Under the pieces are notes generated by a model, which was not told the DNA's origin, made no database searches, and saw nothing but the letters and a program-made list of their open reading frames with translations. A stretch of DNA of 64,000 nucleotides, taken from contig JABGXB010000002.1 of NCBI GenBank assembly GCA_018675975.1, positions 442,098 through 506,097 on the forward strand, in the 5' to 3' direction. The translations under genes and the position numbers were made by a program. How positions within the stretch are numbered: the first letter of the stretch is position 1; each line of letters starts with the position of its first letter. The DNA is from Candidatus Woesearchaeota archaeon. Its GTDB lineage: Archaea; Nanobdellota; Nanobdellia; Woesearchaeales; JABGXB01. Positions 19,674 to 29,172 of the stretch are shown piece by piece.

Positions 19674-22230
19674 CGGTAATTTTTATTATGTATTTTTAAC
19701 TGTATTTTTTATTTTGTCAGTTTTATTTGCATTTACTACTTTGTTAAATAATATTAATGAAATACAAAAAACTGAATATTTGCCTTTTGTAAATTCTGCT
19801 AAATTATTATTAGATAAATATAATAATAATAAATTTGAAAAAACTAATGTAATAAATATAAATTCTCAAAATTCAATTTTAGATTTTTATACAAATGAAA
19901 TTTATTTAAATAATTGTGATAAAATAGATTATGCTATTATTGGTGAATATTGTGATTTTAATAATAATTTAAATTTTTATTATAGGAATAAATTGTCTAA
20001 TTTTGGTAATATTAAACAAAATGAGGAAAATTTAATTATTGATTCTTTTTTAGATAAACCTACTGTTCAAGTAATTGGTGGTAGTGATGATATTAAAACT
20101 TTTATTTTAGATCCTAAAAATAATATTAAACCGCGAATGATTTCTAAACTAAAGTCATTTAATAAAAAATTAAAAAATAGTGATGACTTTGATAAATTAA
20201 ATAGATTTCTTTTAATGGTAAAAAATGAATTATTAAAAAATCCTATTGATGGCTTTGATGAGTATGATATTATGGGTTTGATTAGTCAAGAAAGTGATTT
20301 TAGATCTAATATATATAGATGTGAAAAAAGCATTTTAGATAAATATAAGTCTGGTTCATATAGTTCATTAATTAATAATTGTGATAGTTGTGAAAAACAA
20401 ATTAGTGAATTTAAATTATCTTTAATTAAAAGTGGTGGTTTAAAGGATTGTCCTGCTATTGCATCATCAGGTGGTTTAACTCAAGTTTTACTTCCAACTG
20501 CACGTGGTTATGATAAATCTTTTGAGTTTGAAGATTTTTTTATACCATCTAAATCTATTGCAATAGGTATTACTGCATTAAAATCAATGAAAAAATCTGT
20601 TGGTGTTGATGATAAAAATTCTGTTTTTGTTGCATATAATGGTGGTCCTACAAGACTTAGAAATTTAAAATCTAAATTTAATGGTGAATTTAAATTAAAT
20701 AATTATTTTAATGAATATACTAATACATTTAAATTAACTTTGCCAATTTCATATGCAATAAGAGTGAGTTTGCAATCATTAATGATTAAAGATTTATTTG
20801 AAAATGGAAAATTAGAATCTTTTGATTATTATTTAGATTTGTTTTTAAATACAAATAATAATTTAAAAATGTCAAAAATGTCTGATGGTAATATTTCTTA
20901 TTTTTATAATAATCAATTAAGTAATGAAATTGTTGATTTATCCAAAAAATTTAATTTTAATAATAATTGTCAAATAGATGGATCGGAAGAAAAAATAAAA
21001 GACTGTATTAAAAAAATTGACAATTTTAATGTTTATAGTTATGAATTAAATGATAATATTGATTTTTATAATAATTATTATAGTAATTTAAATAATTGTT
21101 ATTTTGATTTCAATATTAATAATGAAAATTTACAAAAATATAATATTAATACGGGTTTATATGAATTAATAATCAATGAACCTAGTTTTATTGAACCCAA
21201 TTTAAAGTATAGTGTGAATAGAATTTATTTTGAGTCAACTGATGGTGGCTCAAGGAAATTATATATTAAAGATGGTGTTCCAAGAATAATCAATTCTGAT
21301 GATAATTTAATTAAATGTAATAGTTTTTCAAATTTTGTTTTATTAAATGGTACATTTAAGCATTCATTTAATTCTTTTAATATTAAAAAGAAATTCAAGG
21401 GATATGTGGATTTGGGTAAATCTAGTTCTAATTATGGTCTTGAAATTGATATTATGAATGTAAAAGGTACTAATAAATATGGTGCAATTAGATTTGATTT
21501 ATTTGATGATTTACCACACTCTATTCAATTGAAATCTAATAAAAAATCAGCCGATTTTAAATTAAATGATTTTGAATATATTAATTATAATGATTTAAAA
21601 AATACTTTAAAAAATAATTTTCCTTTTTTTAATAATGGTTTAATTTATTTTAATAATAATATAAAAGTTGATTATGATGATACAATATTTGTTTATTTAG
21701 ATGAAAATAAATTATACTATAACTTGGCAGATGACTATTATTATTTAATTTTTAATTTAAATGATTATAATTTAAATAATATTGAAAAATTATTTTTAAA
21801 TTTTAAAAATATAAATGATGAGGTTAAACCCATTACAGAATTTATATTATCAAATGTTGGTGTAACTTCAATATTAAAGCAAGTATTAGTTGAAGAAATT
21901 ATTATTGATGGTCATATTAATTATAGATTTTTATTAAATTTAGGTTCTAATTCTTGGGATAATAATCAAGTCTATGGGGATGTGAATTCAATTGAAATGG
22001 TTAAAAGAAATTTTAATACTGTGGAAATGCCTGATTTATTTAAAAAAATAAATTCTAAAATAAATGATTTAATTAATTTGGAAAATGAATTAATTGAAAC
22101 TAAAAAAGTAAATTTTAATAAAATTCAAGATGGGGTTTATGAAGTTATTTTAAAAGATTTTAATTATAATTCTGCCATTGGTTTTAAAATAGATAATAAT
22201 CCATATATTTTTATGTTTGATTTTAGATAG
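19648..22230 (+). CDS. Large pilin-like protein with lytic transglycosylase (SLT/GH23-like) domain
   Basis: KRKA/DG plus TM helix; SLT motifs ISQESDF (E215), GGLTQV..PTA, AYNGGP, Y..RV. Confidence 0.8.
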   Translation: MKLLKRKADGNFYYVFLTVFFILSVLFAFTTLLNNINEIQKTEYLPFVNSAKLLLDKYNNNKFEKTNVININSQNSILDFYTNEIYLNNCDKIDYAIIGEYCDFNNNLNFYYRNKLSNFGNIKQNEENLIIDSFLDKPTVQVIGGSDDIKTFILDPKNNIKPRMISKLKSFNKKLKNSDDFDKLNRFLLMVKNELLKNPIDGFDEYDIMGLISQESDFRSNIYRCEKSILDKYKSGSYSSLINNCDSCEKQISEFKLSLIKSGGLKDCPAIASSGGLTQVLLPTARGYDKSFEFEDFFIPSKSIAIGITALKSMKKSVGVDDKNSVFVAYNGGPTRLRNLKSKFNGEFKLNNYFNEYTNTFKLTLPISYAIRVSLQSLMIKDLFENGKLESFDYYLDLFLNTNNNLKMSKMSDGNISYFYNNQLSNEIVDLSKKFNFNNNCQIDGSEEKIKDCIKKIDNFNVYSYELNDNIDFYNNYYSNLNNCYFDFNINNENLQKYNINTGLYELIINEPSFIEPNLKYSVNRIYFESTDGGSRKLYIKDGVPRIINSDDNLIKCNSFSNFVLLNGTFKHSFNSFNIKKKFKGYVDLGKSSSNYGLEIDIMNVKGTNKYGAIRFDLFDDLPHSIQLKSNKKSADFKLNDFEYINYNDLKNTLKNNFPFFNNGLIYFNNNIKVDYDDTIFVYLDENKLYYNLADDYYYLIFNLNDYNLNNIEKLFLNFKNINDEVKPITEFILSNVGVTSILKQVLVEEIIIDGHINYRFLLNLGSNSWDNNQVYGDVNSIEMVKRNFNTVEMPDLFKKINSKINDLINLENELIETKKVNFNKIQDGVYEVILKDFNYNSAIGFKIDNNPYIFMFDFR

Positions 22231-22271
22231 TTTTAGCATATATTTTTAAATATGTTTTTTTAGTTTATTTT

Positions 22272-23957
22272 ATGGATTATAAAATAAAAATTGTTGAGTT
22301 GTTAAAAAATTGTGGTTTTGATATTAATGTTGATTTAATTACTATACCTCCAAATAAAAAGTTTGGTGATTTTTCTTGTCCTATGTTTTCATTTGCAAAG
22401 GAGTTAAAAAAAAGTCCAAATCAAATTGCTCAAGATTTATGTTCAAAACTGTCTGATTCAAATTTTGAAAAAATTGTTAGTGAAGGGCCATATTTGAATT
22501 TTTATATTAATAGAAAAGAATTTATTAAAGATGCAATTAATAAAATTTTAAATAGACAATTTGATTATTTAATTAGAGAGGATTTGAAAAAAATAATGGT
22601 TGAATATATTTCACCAAATTCAAATAAGCCTTTACATATTGGTCATTTGCGAAATTTACTTTTAGGTCAGTTATATTCTAAATTATTAAAAAAAGTGGGA
22701 AACGAAGTTGTTGAGACTTGTTTAATTAATGATCGTGGACTTCATATTTGTAAATCAATGGTTGCATATAAAAAATTTGGAAATGATATTGAACCTGATA
22801 TAAAAGGAGATCATTTTGTGGGGAATTATTATATTGAATTTGAAAAACAATTAAAGGAAGATCCAGATTTAATTGAAGAAGCTAATCAAATGTTAATTGA
22901 TTGGGAAAATGATAATTTAGAAGTTAAACAATTATGGAGAAAAATGAATGATTGGTCTGAGTCTGGTCAAAAAGAAACGTGGCAAAAATTTGGTATAAAT
23001 TTTAATCAAATATATTATGAGTCACAAATGTATAAATTTGGAAAAGAAATTGTTGAAGAGGGTATTAAAAAAGGTGTCTTTAAAGAGGATGATGGTGTGA
23101 TAATTGCTGATTTGTCTGATTATAATTTAGATATTATTGTAGCAATTCGTGCAAATGGTACAAGTTTGTATTTAGTTCAAGATTTATATTTGGCAATATT
23201 AAAAGTAAAAGAATATTCAATAGATTCTTCAGTTTATGTTATTGGAAAAGAACAAGATCATTATATGCGACAATTATTTAAAATTCTAGAATTATTGGGT
23301 TTTGATTGGGCAAAAAATCTTTATCATTTATCTTATGGTCATATTGAATTAAAATCGGGTCGTATGAAGAGTAGAGAAGGAAAAATTGTTGAAACTGATG
23401 ATTTATTAAAAGAAATAACTGATTTAATTTCTGTGCAATTAGTTGAAAGAAATTCAAATTACTCTAGTGATGAATTAGATTATTTATCAAAAAATATTGC
23501 GATGGCTGCAATAAGATATTATATATTAAAATTTGATAATAAAAAAGATTTTACTTATGATGAAGAAAGTAGTTTGCGTTTTGATGGGGATACTGGTGTA
23601 TATTTATTATATACTTATGCAAGAATTAATTCTATTATAGATAAAATTAATTGTGAATTTAATTTTGATAATATTAATTTAAATTTATTTGAACATGATA
23701 TTGAGTTTGAATTAATTGAAAAATTAAGTAATATTGATGAAGTTGTAAAAGAAGCAACAAAAAAGCATAAGCTTTCATATTTATGTAATTATTTTATGGA
23801 TTTAGCTCAAACATTTAATACCTATTATTCACAGGTACAAATACTTGATGGTAATGATGATAGACAGAAAACAAAATATGTTTTTTTAAAATGTATTTTG
23901 ATTGTATTTGAAGAATTATTTGATTTATTATCAATAAAGCCACTTAAAAATATTTAA
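22272..23957 (+). CDS. argS: Arginine--tRNA ligase
   Basis: VEYISPNSNKPLHIGHLRN, MKSREG, GDTGVYLLYTYARINSI. Confidence 0.97.
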   Translation: MDYKIKIVELLKNCGFDINVDLITIPPNKKFGDFSCPMFSFAKELKKSPNQIAQDLCSKLSDSNFEKIVSEGPYLNFYINRKEFIKDAINKILNRQFDYLIREDLKKIMVEYISPNSNKPLHIGHLRNLLLGQLYSKLLKKVGNEVVETCLINDRGLHICKSMVAYKKFGNDIEPDIKGDHFVGNYYIEFEKQLKEDPDLIEEANQMLIDWENDNLEVKQLWRKMNDWSESGQKETWQKFGINFNQIYYESQMYKFGKEIVEEGIKKGVFKEDDGVIIADLSDYNLDIIVAIRANGTSLYLVQDLYLAILKVKEYSIDSSVYVIGKEQDHYMRQLFKILELLGFDWAKNLYHLSYGHIELKSGRMKSREGKIVETDDLLKEITDLISVQLVERNSNYSSDELDYLSKNIAMAAIRYYILKFDNKKDFTYDEESSLRFDGDTGVYLLYTYARINSIIDKINCEFNFDNINLNLFEHDIEFELIEKLSNIDEVVKEATKKHKLSYLCNYFMDLAQTFNTYYSQVQILDGNDDRQKTKYVFLKCILIVFEELFDLLSIKPLKNI

Positions 23958-24270
23958 TTGATTTTATTTTTTTAAATTGTCTATATTTTTTATATAGTGG
24001 TATTTCAATTATTTTATTTGTATTTTTGGGTATTTTTTTAAAAGAAATGAATGGATATAGTATTTTTTGTTCTATTATTTTATTTTCTTTATCTAAAAAT
24101 ATTATATTAATTTTGTAGAATACGAAAAACATGTGTACTAAATCATATGTTTTTATATTATTAAATAAAATTGGCCGGGGGTTTATTTGAAACATTAAAC
24201 CAATTGCATTTTGTAAAACATTTTTGCTATTTTTACATATAATTGTTTGATTATTTAATTTTATTTTCAT
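23944..24270 (-). CDS. DUF192-family protein
   Basis: AIGLMF...VHMFFVFYKINIIFLD...IIEIP. Confidence 0.75.
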   Translation of the reverse strand: MKIKLNNQTIICKNSKNVLQNAIGLMFQINPRPILFNNIKTYDLVHMFFVFYKINIIFLDKENKIIEQKILYPFISFKKIPKNTNKIIEIPLYKKYRQFKKIKSIKYF

Positions 24271-24373
24271 TTTATCTTTAATTTACAATTTTATTGAAAT
24301 CTTTTTAGTTTAATTAATTTTTTTTTGATTTATTTATAATTATTATTTTTAAGTTTTAATTTATATATATATT

Positions 24374-25522
24374 ATGAAAAAAATAATTTTTATATTTTTT
24401 ATAATACTTACTGCTTCATTTGTTTTTTCTTTTTATTTTCAGAATGAAGTTACATTGGATAGTGATTTTGAAATATTAGATGTTTTTTTTTGTCCTCATG
24501 ATTATTGTGGTAAAAAATTAATTTCTTTTATCAATATGGCAAATAAATCATTATATTGTGCATTTTATGATATTGATGATAAATATATAATTAATTCTAT
24601 AATAAATAAAAGTAATGAAATTGATGTTTCAATTTTAGTTGATAAATCTAATGACATTGAGTTTTTTAAAAAAATTGATCAAAATGGTTTAATGCATCAT
24701 AAATTTTGTTTAATTGATGATGAATATGTATTTGTTGGTTCATATAATCCTACAATAAATGGTGCATATAAAAATAATAATAATATTATTATTTTAAAAG
24801 GAAAGTCTGCCTATGATGAATATTATAATGAATTTTTAAGATTAAATGGACTTGATTATAAATATAAATCTAAATTTATTAAATTTAATAGACATATTTA
24901 TGAAACATTATATAATAAAATTAAAAGTGCAAATAAAAGTATAAAAATAGCGGCATTTACTTTTACAGATCCTGATTTGGCTGATTTAATTATTGAAAAG
25001 CATTTGAGTGGTATTGATGTAAAAATATTGTTGGAAAAACGCCAAATTTCAAAATGGTCTCAATATGAACGTTTTTTAAAATATGATATTGTAAAAAAAG
25101 ATTTTAATAAAAACAATATGCATAATAAATTTTTTATAATTGATGATAAACTTGTAATTACTGGGTCATATAATCCCACTAGAAATGCTAAAAATAGAAA
25201 TAGTGAAAATATAATTATTATAGACGATCAAAAATACATAAATGACTTCATTAGTGAATTTAATTTCTTATATAATCCAAATAATTATGGTGTGAATTAT
25301 ACTCTTTTAAAAAACAAAAATTATATTTTATATATTGATATAAATTTTAATAAAACAATTATTAAAAAAATAATTTTAAATGATAAATATAATTATACTA
25401 GAGTTTATTTTGAAAATGATTTTTTTCTTATAAAAAATAATAAAAATTATTTTGATTTAATTGATAGTAATAATTATGTCATTAAAAGAATAAGTAAAAA
25501 AGAATATTATGAATTAATTTAA
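24374..25522 (+). CDS. Secreted phospholipase D / Nuc-like protein with two HKD motifs
   Basis: Signal peptide; MHHKFCLIDD..GSYNPT and MHNKFFIIDD..TGSYNPT. Confidence 0.88.
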   Translation: MKKIIFIFFIILTASFVFSFYFQNEVTLDSDFEILDVFFCPHDYCGKKLISFINMANKSLYCAFYDIDDKYIINSIINKSNEIDVSILVDKSNDIEFFKKIDQNGLMHHKFCLIDDEYVFVGSYNPTINGAYKNNNNIIILKGKSAYDEYYNEFLRLNGLDYKYKSKFIKFNRHIYETLYNKIKSANKSIKIAAFTFTDPDLADLIIEKHLSGIDVKILLEKRQISKWSQYERFLKYDIVKKDFNKNNMHNKFFIIDDKLVITGSYNPTRNAKNRNSENIIIIDDQKYINDFISEFNFLYNPNNYGVNYTLLKNKNYILYIDINFNKTIIKKIILNDKYNYTRVYFENDFFLIKNNKNYFDLIDSNNYVIKRISKKEYYELI

Positions 25523-26067
25523 ATCATTTCATTTATTATATCTTGGCTTTTTTTTGTTGCTAATTCTATACCAGGATATTTATTTTCTAATTTTTCTAAA
25601 AATGTTTTTAGGATTTCAAAATCTGATTTTTTTATTTTAAAATTATTCATAAATATTTTATCTAATTCATCTATATTTACGTTTTGTAATTCTAATTCTT
25701 TATTACTTACATTTTCAAATAGAAATATAATATTATCAAATTCAATCTTTTTATTTAAAATAAAATGTGAAAGTAAAATAATGTCTTTGTAAAATGCACT
25801 TAGTGGATATATAATTTTTTCTTTTGTTTTATTTAACTCATTTTTTCCAATTATTTTTAATTCTGATTTTTTATTATTAATTATAATTTTTTTAATTAAA
25901 TCCGTGGCATAATCATCTATTTTAAAATCTGTTTTCAAATACAATAATTTAGTTTTATCTTTTATTGTTTTTTTTACTCTTTTGTATATGTGGTTTTTTA
26001 AATTATTTGAGTTAACTATTTTATTATCTTCTTGACCAATTATGTTTAATTTCATATTATTGATCAA
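25519..26067 (-). CDS. Hypothetical protein
   Basis: About 180-aa ORF with TTAA convergent stop overlap; no clear motif. Confidence 0.55.
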   Translation of the reverse strand: MINNMKLNIIGQEDNKIVNSNNLKNHIYKRVKKTIKDKTKLLYLKTDFKIDDYATDLIKKIIINNKKSELKIIGKNELNKTKEKIIYPLSAFYKDIILLSHFILNKKIEFDNIIFLFENVSNKELELQNVNIDELDKIFMNNFKIKKSDFEILKTFLEKLENKYPGIELATKKSQDIINEMI

Positions 26068-26243
26068 TTTAGAGTATTTATATAATTATTCTTCTGTATT
26101 ATGCTATGTTATAATGCTATATTAGTGGATTTGATTTTGTTTAAATTTGTTTATGAATTAAAAATATATAATCTAATATATTAATTTTGTATTGATTTTA
26201 TTTTTAAATACATTAATATATTTAATTTTTGGTATTTCACCTC

Positions 26244-26272
26244 TTTCCCGGATGAGTTATTCATTCGGGAAA
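26244..26272. repeat. 12-bp inverted repeat / hairpin
   Basis: TTTCCCGGATGA-GTTAT-TCATTCGGGAAA with one G-U pair, GC-rich against the AT background. Confidence 0.7.
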
Positions 26273-26304
26273 TATTTTTAAATTAAAACATTCATTTTTT
26301 TGTA

Positions 26305-27324
26305 ATGAGATTAATATTAGAAAAATTAAAAGAATATTTAGATATTCCTGCTGTAACTAACTTTTCTGAGCCATTTTTAAAATATTTATATAAGGATTTT
26401 TCTAAATTTTCTGATTATGAATTAATTTTATCAAAAAATCTTTTAGTAGTTAGAAAAAAAGAAAATAGGTCAAATAAATTTTTTTCTGCACATATTGATA
26501 GGCTTGGTTTAGTTTTAAGTTCAAAAGGGGTTGAACATTCTAATTTTTGGGGTAAACGAGAATATAATATTAAAATTGAAACTGGTCTTGAAATTTTTGA
26601 TAGAATGGCTATTGCATTTAATGAAGAGCATTTTATTCCATATAATGAAATTTATGATGAACTTCGAAAATATACTAATGTAAAAGTTAAATATGTAAAA
26701 ACTGATTTTGTTAAGTATTTTATGGAATTTATTTTTTATAATAATAATGATAATTTTAAAGGTAAAAAAAATTTAGCATTTATGTTAGAAAATAACTTTT
26801 TTTTTGATGGTAAATTTATTGGTGGGCAAATTGATAATGCAATTTCAGTTGCTTGTTTATATAAATTAATAAAAGATGGTTTTGATGGGACGGTATTATT
26901 TACTTGTCGTGAGGAAATTGGTTTGAGTTGGAAATATATTGAAGAATATTTTAAAGAGGAAAATTTGAATGTAAAAAATTTAATTGTTTTAGATACAACA
27001 CCATATCCTAGTTCATCTGATTTTGAAAATGGTAAAATTATATTTAGGCGTGCTGATTCTAATGGTAAATTTAATATTGCATTTATTGATAAATTAAAAG
27101 CATATGCAAAAGATCAAGAAATACCTTATGCAATTAAAGTTCCAAGAGGAAAAACCGAATTAGGCAGATTAGTTGAATTTACGAATGGCAATTTTAATGG
27201 TGCAACAATTCAAATTCCTTCAACTAATTATCATTCAAATAAAGAGATGACAAATGTAAAATGTTTAAAAAACTATTATAAGTTTATTAAATTAATAAGT
27301 AATAAAGAAGAATTGTTTCATTAA
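26305..27324 (+). CDS. M42/M28-family zinc aminopeptidase-like protein
   Basis: Metal-ligand motifs SAHIDRLG, GQIDN, REEIG, LDTT, NYHSNKE. Confidence 0.82.
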   Translation: MRLILEKLKEYLDIPAVTNFSEPFLKYLYKDFSKFSDYELILSKNLLVVRKKENRSNKFFSAHIDRLGLVLSSKGVEHSNFWGKREYNIKIETGLEIFDRMAIAFNEEHFIPYNEIYDELRKYTNVKVKYVKTDFVKYFMEFIFYNNNDNFKGKKNLAFMLENNFFFDGKFIGGQIDNAISVACLYKLIKDGFDGTVLFTCREEIGLSWKYIEEYFKEENLNVKNLIVLDTTPYPSSSDFENGKIIFRRADSNGKFNIAFIDKLKAYAKDQEIPYAIKVPRGKTELGRLVEFTNGNFNGATIQIPSTNYHSNKEMTNVKCLKNYYKFIKLISNKEELFH

Positions 27325-27374
27325 TATGATTTGATTATAATTATTTTTATAAATTAAATAATTTTTTTACATTT

Positions 27375-28112
27375 ATGGCTTTACACATATTAGATTCGAA
27401 TCCTTCTGATGATTATTTAAACCCAGGTATTAAACCTTGTTTTGAACATAATTTGGATGAGTTAAAAAAAATGTATGATCCAACTCAAGGCAGAGATAAT
27501 GTAAAATCTATTTTAGATAGTGATCCTTATAAAAATATTATTGCAATGGGGGTTAGAGTTTTTCCTTTAATGGAAGCTTTTTATGATGTTAAATGTGACG
27601 AACCTTTAGAATTTTTTAAAACAAATCTTTTTGGATTCATGATTAGTAAAATTTCCAGAGGAAAATTTAATTTTGATTTACATTCAAATGTTAACGATAC
27701 TGATTCTGGTTTAATTGGAAAATTATTAACAAATCATATAAAAGATTGGTTAGTTGAAAATAAAGGTGGTTATTTTTCTGCGCCTGCTCCAAGATTAACT
27801 GAATTAGTTATTCCTGATGATAAGGATGAGGCTTCAAAAATATTTCAAAGTTTAGAAACGAACCATTTATTGCTTTCTTCACATGCTTATGGTACTTTTA
27901 GAGGTTGGATAAGTTCAGCGGGCATTTATGGTATGAATGTAGATGAGGAAAGCCATAACCCTAGGAGAATAGAATTTTGTAGTTTGAGCTCAACCAATTT
28001 AATTATTGATTCGAGAATGGGGATTTATGCTGGAAGTGGTAGGTCTTTTGATGCTAAATATGAAGTGCGATTATATAAATATCCAGAAGTAGAAAAAACA
28101 GTTGACTATTAA
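27375..28112 (+). CDS. Hypothetical protein
   Basis: 245-aa ORF with TATA box 21 nt upstream. Confidence 0.65.
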   Translation: MALHILDSNPSDDYLNPGIKPCFEHNLDELKKMYDPTQGRDNVKSILDSDPYKNIIAMGVRVFPLMEAFYDVKCDEPLEFFKTNLFGFMISKISRGKFNFDLHSNVNDTDSGLIGKLLTNHIKDWLVENKGGYFSAPAPRLTELVIPDDKDEASKIFQSLETNHLLLSSHAYGTFRGWISSAGIYGMNVDEESHNPRRIEFCSLSSTNLIIDSRMGIYAGSGRSFDAKYEVRLYKYPEVEKTVDY

Positions 28113-28146
28113 TATATTTTATAAGTTTTAATTATATTTTTTTTTT

Positions 28147-28665
28147 ATGAAATTTAATAAAACTTTAATTAATTTAGGACTATTATTTTGCTTATATTCT
28201 ACACCAAATTCTAATGATGATAATAATCCATTTAATGTTCCTGAAAATCATTATTATGATAAAATTACAATTCGGTCAAATCATAAAATTCAAAATTTTT
28301 GTTATGTTGACTTTAATATTGATACTGGTGAATATGATGCAGTAGCTCCTTTAAGTTTAAATGGTTTGAAGGGTCCTTTAATGCAAGTTGATTTTAATTT
28401 GTGTATTAATTATAAATCAATTAGAAATAATGGTTTTGGATATTCTGTAGTTCGAGAAAATTATAATTGGCATAAAAAAATGAGACCTAGGCATTCTACA
28501 ACTTTAATTAATTTGCCCTTTACTGTTTTTAATAATATATTGAAATTTTCTACAAGTACAATAACTAATATTGGTTATTATTCTCTTGATATGGCTGTGG
28601 GAAATACTTTTAAAGTGGCTGATTTTACTACTAATACAGTTGGGGGTATTATTAATTTAAAATGA
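28147..28665 (+). CDS. Hypothetical secreted protein
   Basis: N-terminal signal-like segment; TATA box 21 nt upstream; overlaps the cyclophilin start. Confidence 0.6.
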   Translation: MKFNKTLINLGLLFCLYSTPNSNDDNNPFNVPENHYYDKITIRSNHKIQNFCYVDFNIDTGEYDAVAPLSLNGLKGPLMQVDFNLCINYKSIRNNGFGYSVVRENYNWHKKMRPRHSTTLINLPFTVFNNILKFSTSTITNIGYYSLDMAVGNTFKVADFTTNTVGGIINLK

Positions 28666-29117
28666 TGATTGCAATTTTTGAAACAAATGTGGGAACTTTT
28701 AAAATAGAACTTTTTGATAAAACAATGCCTTTAACTATTGGTAATTTTAAACGATTAGTTGATCAAGGTTTTTATGATGGGTTAATTTTTCATAGAATTA
28801 TAAAAGATTTTATGATTCAAGGTGGATGTCCAATTGGAGATGGAACTGGTGATCCTGGTTATACTATACCTGATGAATTTACGCCAAATAATAGAAATAT
28901 CAAAGGTACAATTAGTATGGCAAATGCTGGTCCGAATACTGGTGGCTCTCAATTTTTTATTAATGTTGTTGATAATAATTATTTAGATGGTAATCATCCT
29001 GTTTTTGGAAAAGTAATTGATGGTGCAGATATAGTTGATAAAATAAGTAAAATTGAAGTTGACTCTAGTGATAGGCCAATTAATAAAGTAATTATAAATA
29101 AAATAACAATTGAATGA
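28662..29117 (+). CDS. Cyclophilin-type peptidyl-prolyl isomerase
   Basis: FHRIIKDFMIQGG, SMANAGPNTGGSQFFIN, HPVFGKV. Confidence 0.96.
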   Translation: MMIAIFETNVGTFKIELFDKTMPLTIGNFKRLVDQGFYDGLIFHRIIKDFMIQGGCPIGDGTGDPGYTIPDEFTPNNRNIKGTISMANAGPNTGGSQFFINVVDNNYLDGNHPVFGKVIDGADIVDKISKIEVDSSDRPINKVIINKITIE

Positions 29118-29172
29118 TTTATTATCAACTTTTATAAATTAATTAAAGTAAATATTCTTAGAGGTGTGATGT

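Noticed and set aside
19648..22230. Bacterial contamination or a phage tail lysin as the source of the SLT domain
   Set aside because: The gene overlaps its archaeal-type pilin neighbour, has the same signal type and base composition, and no phage genes are nearby; read-level confirmation is still advisable
26170..26243. Small minus-strand ORF after the GAGGTGA sequence
   Set aside because: Candidate frames close within about 20 codons and lack a well-spaced canonical start
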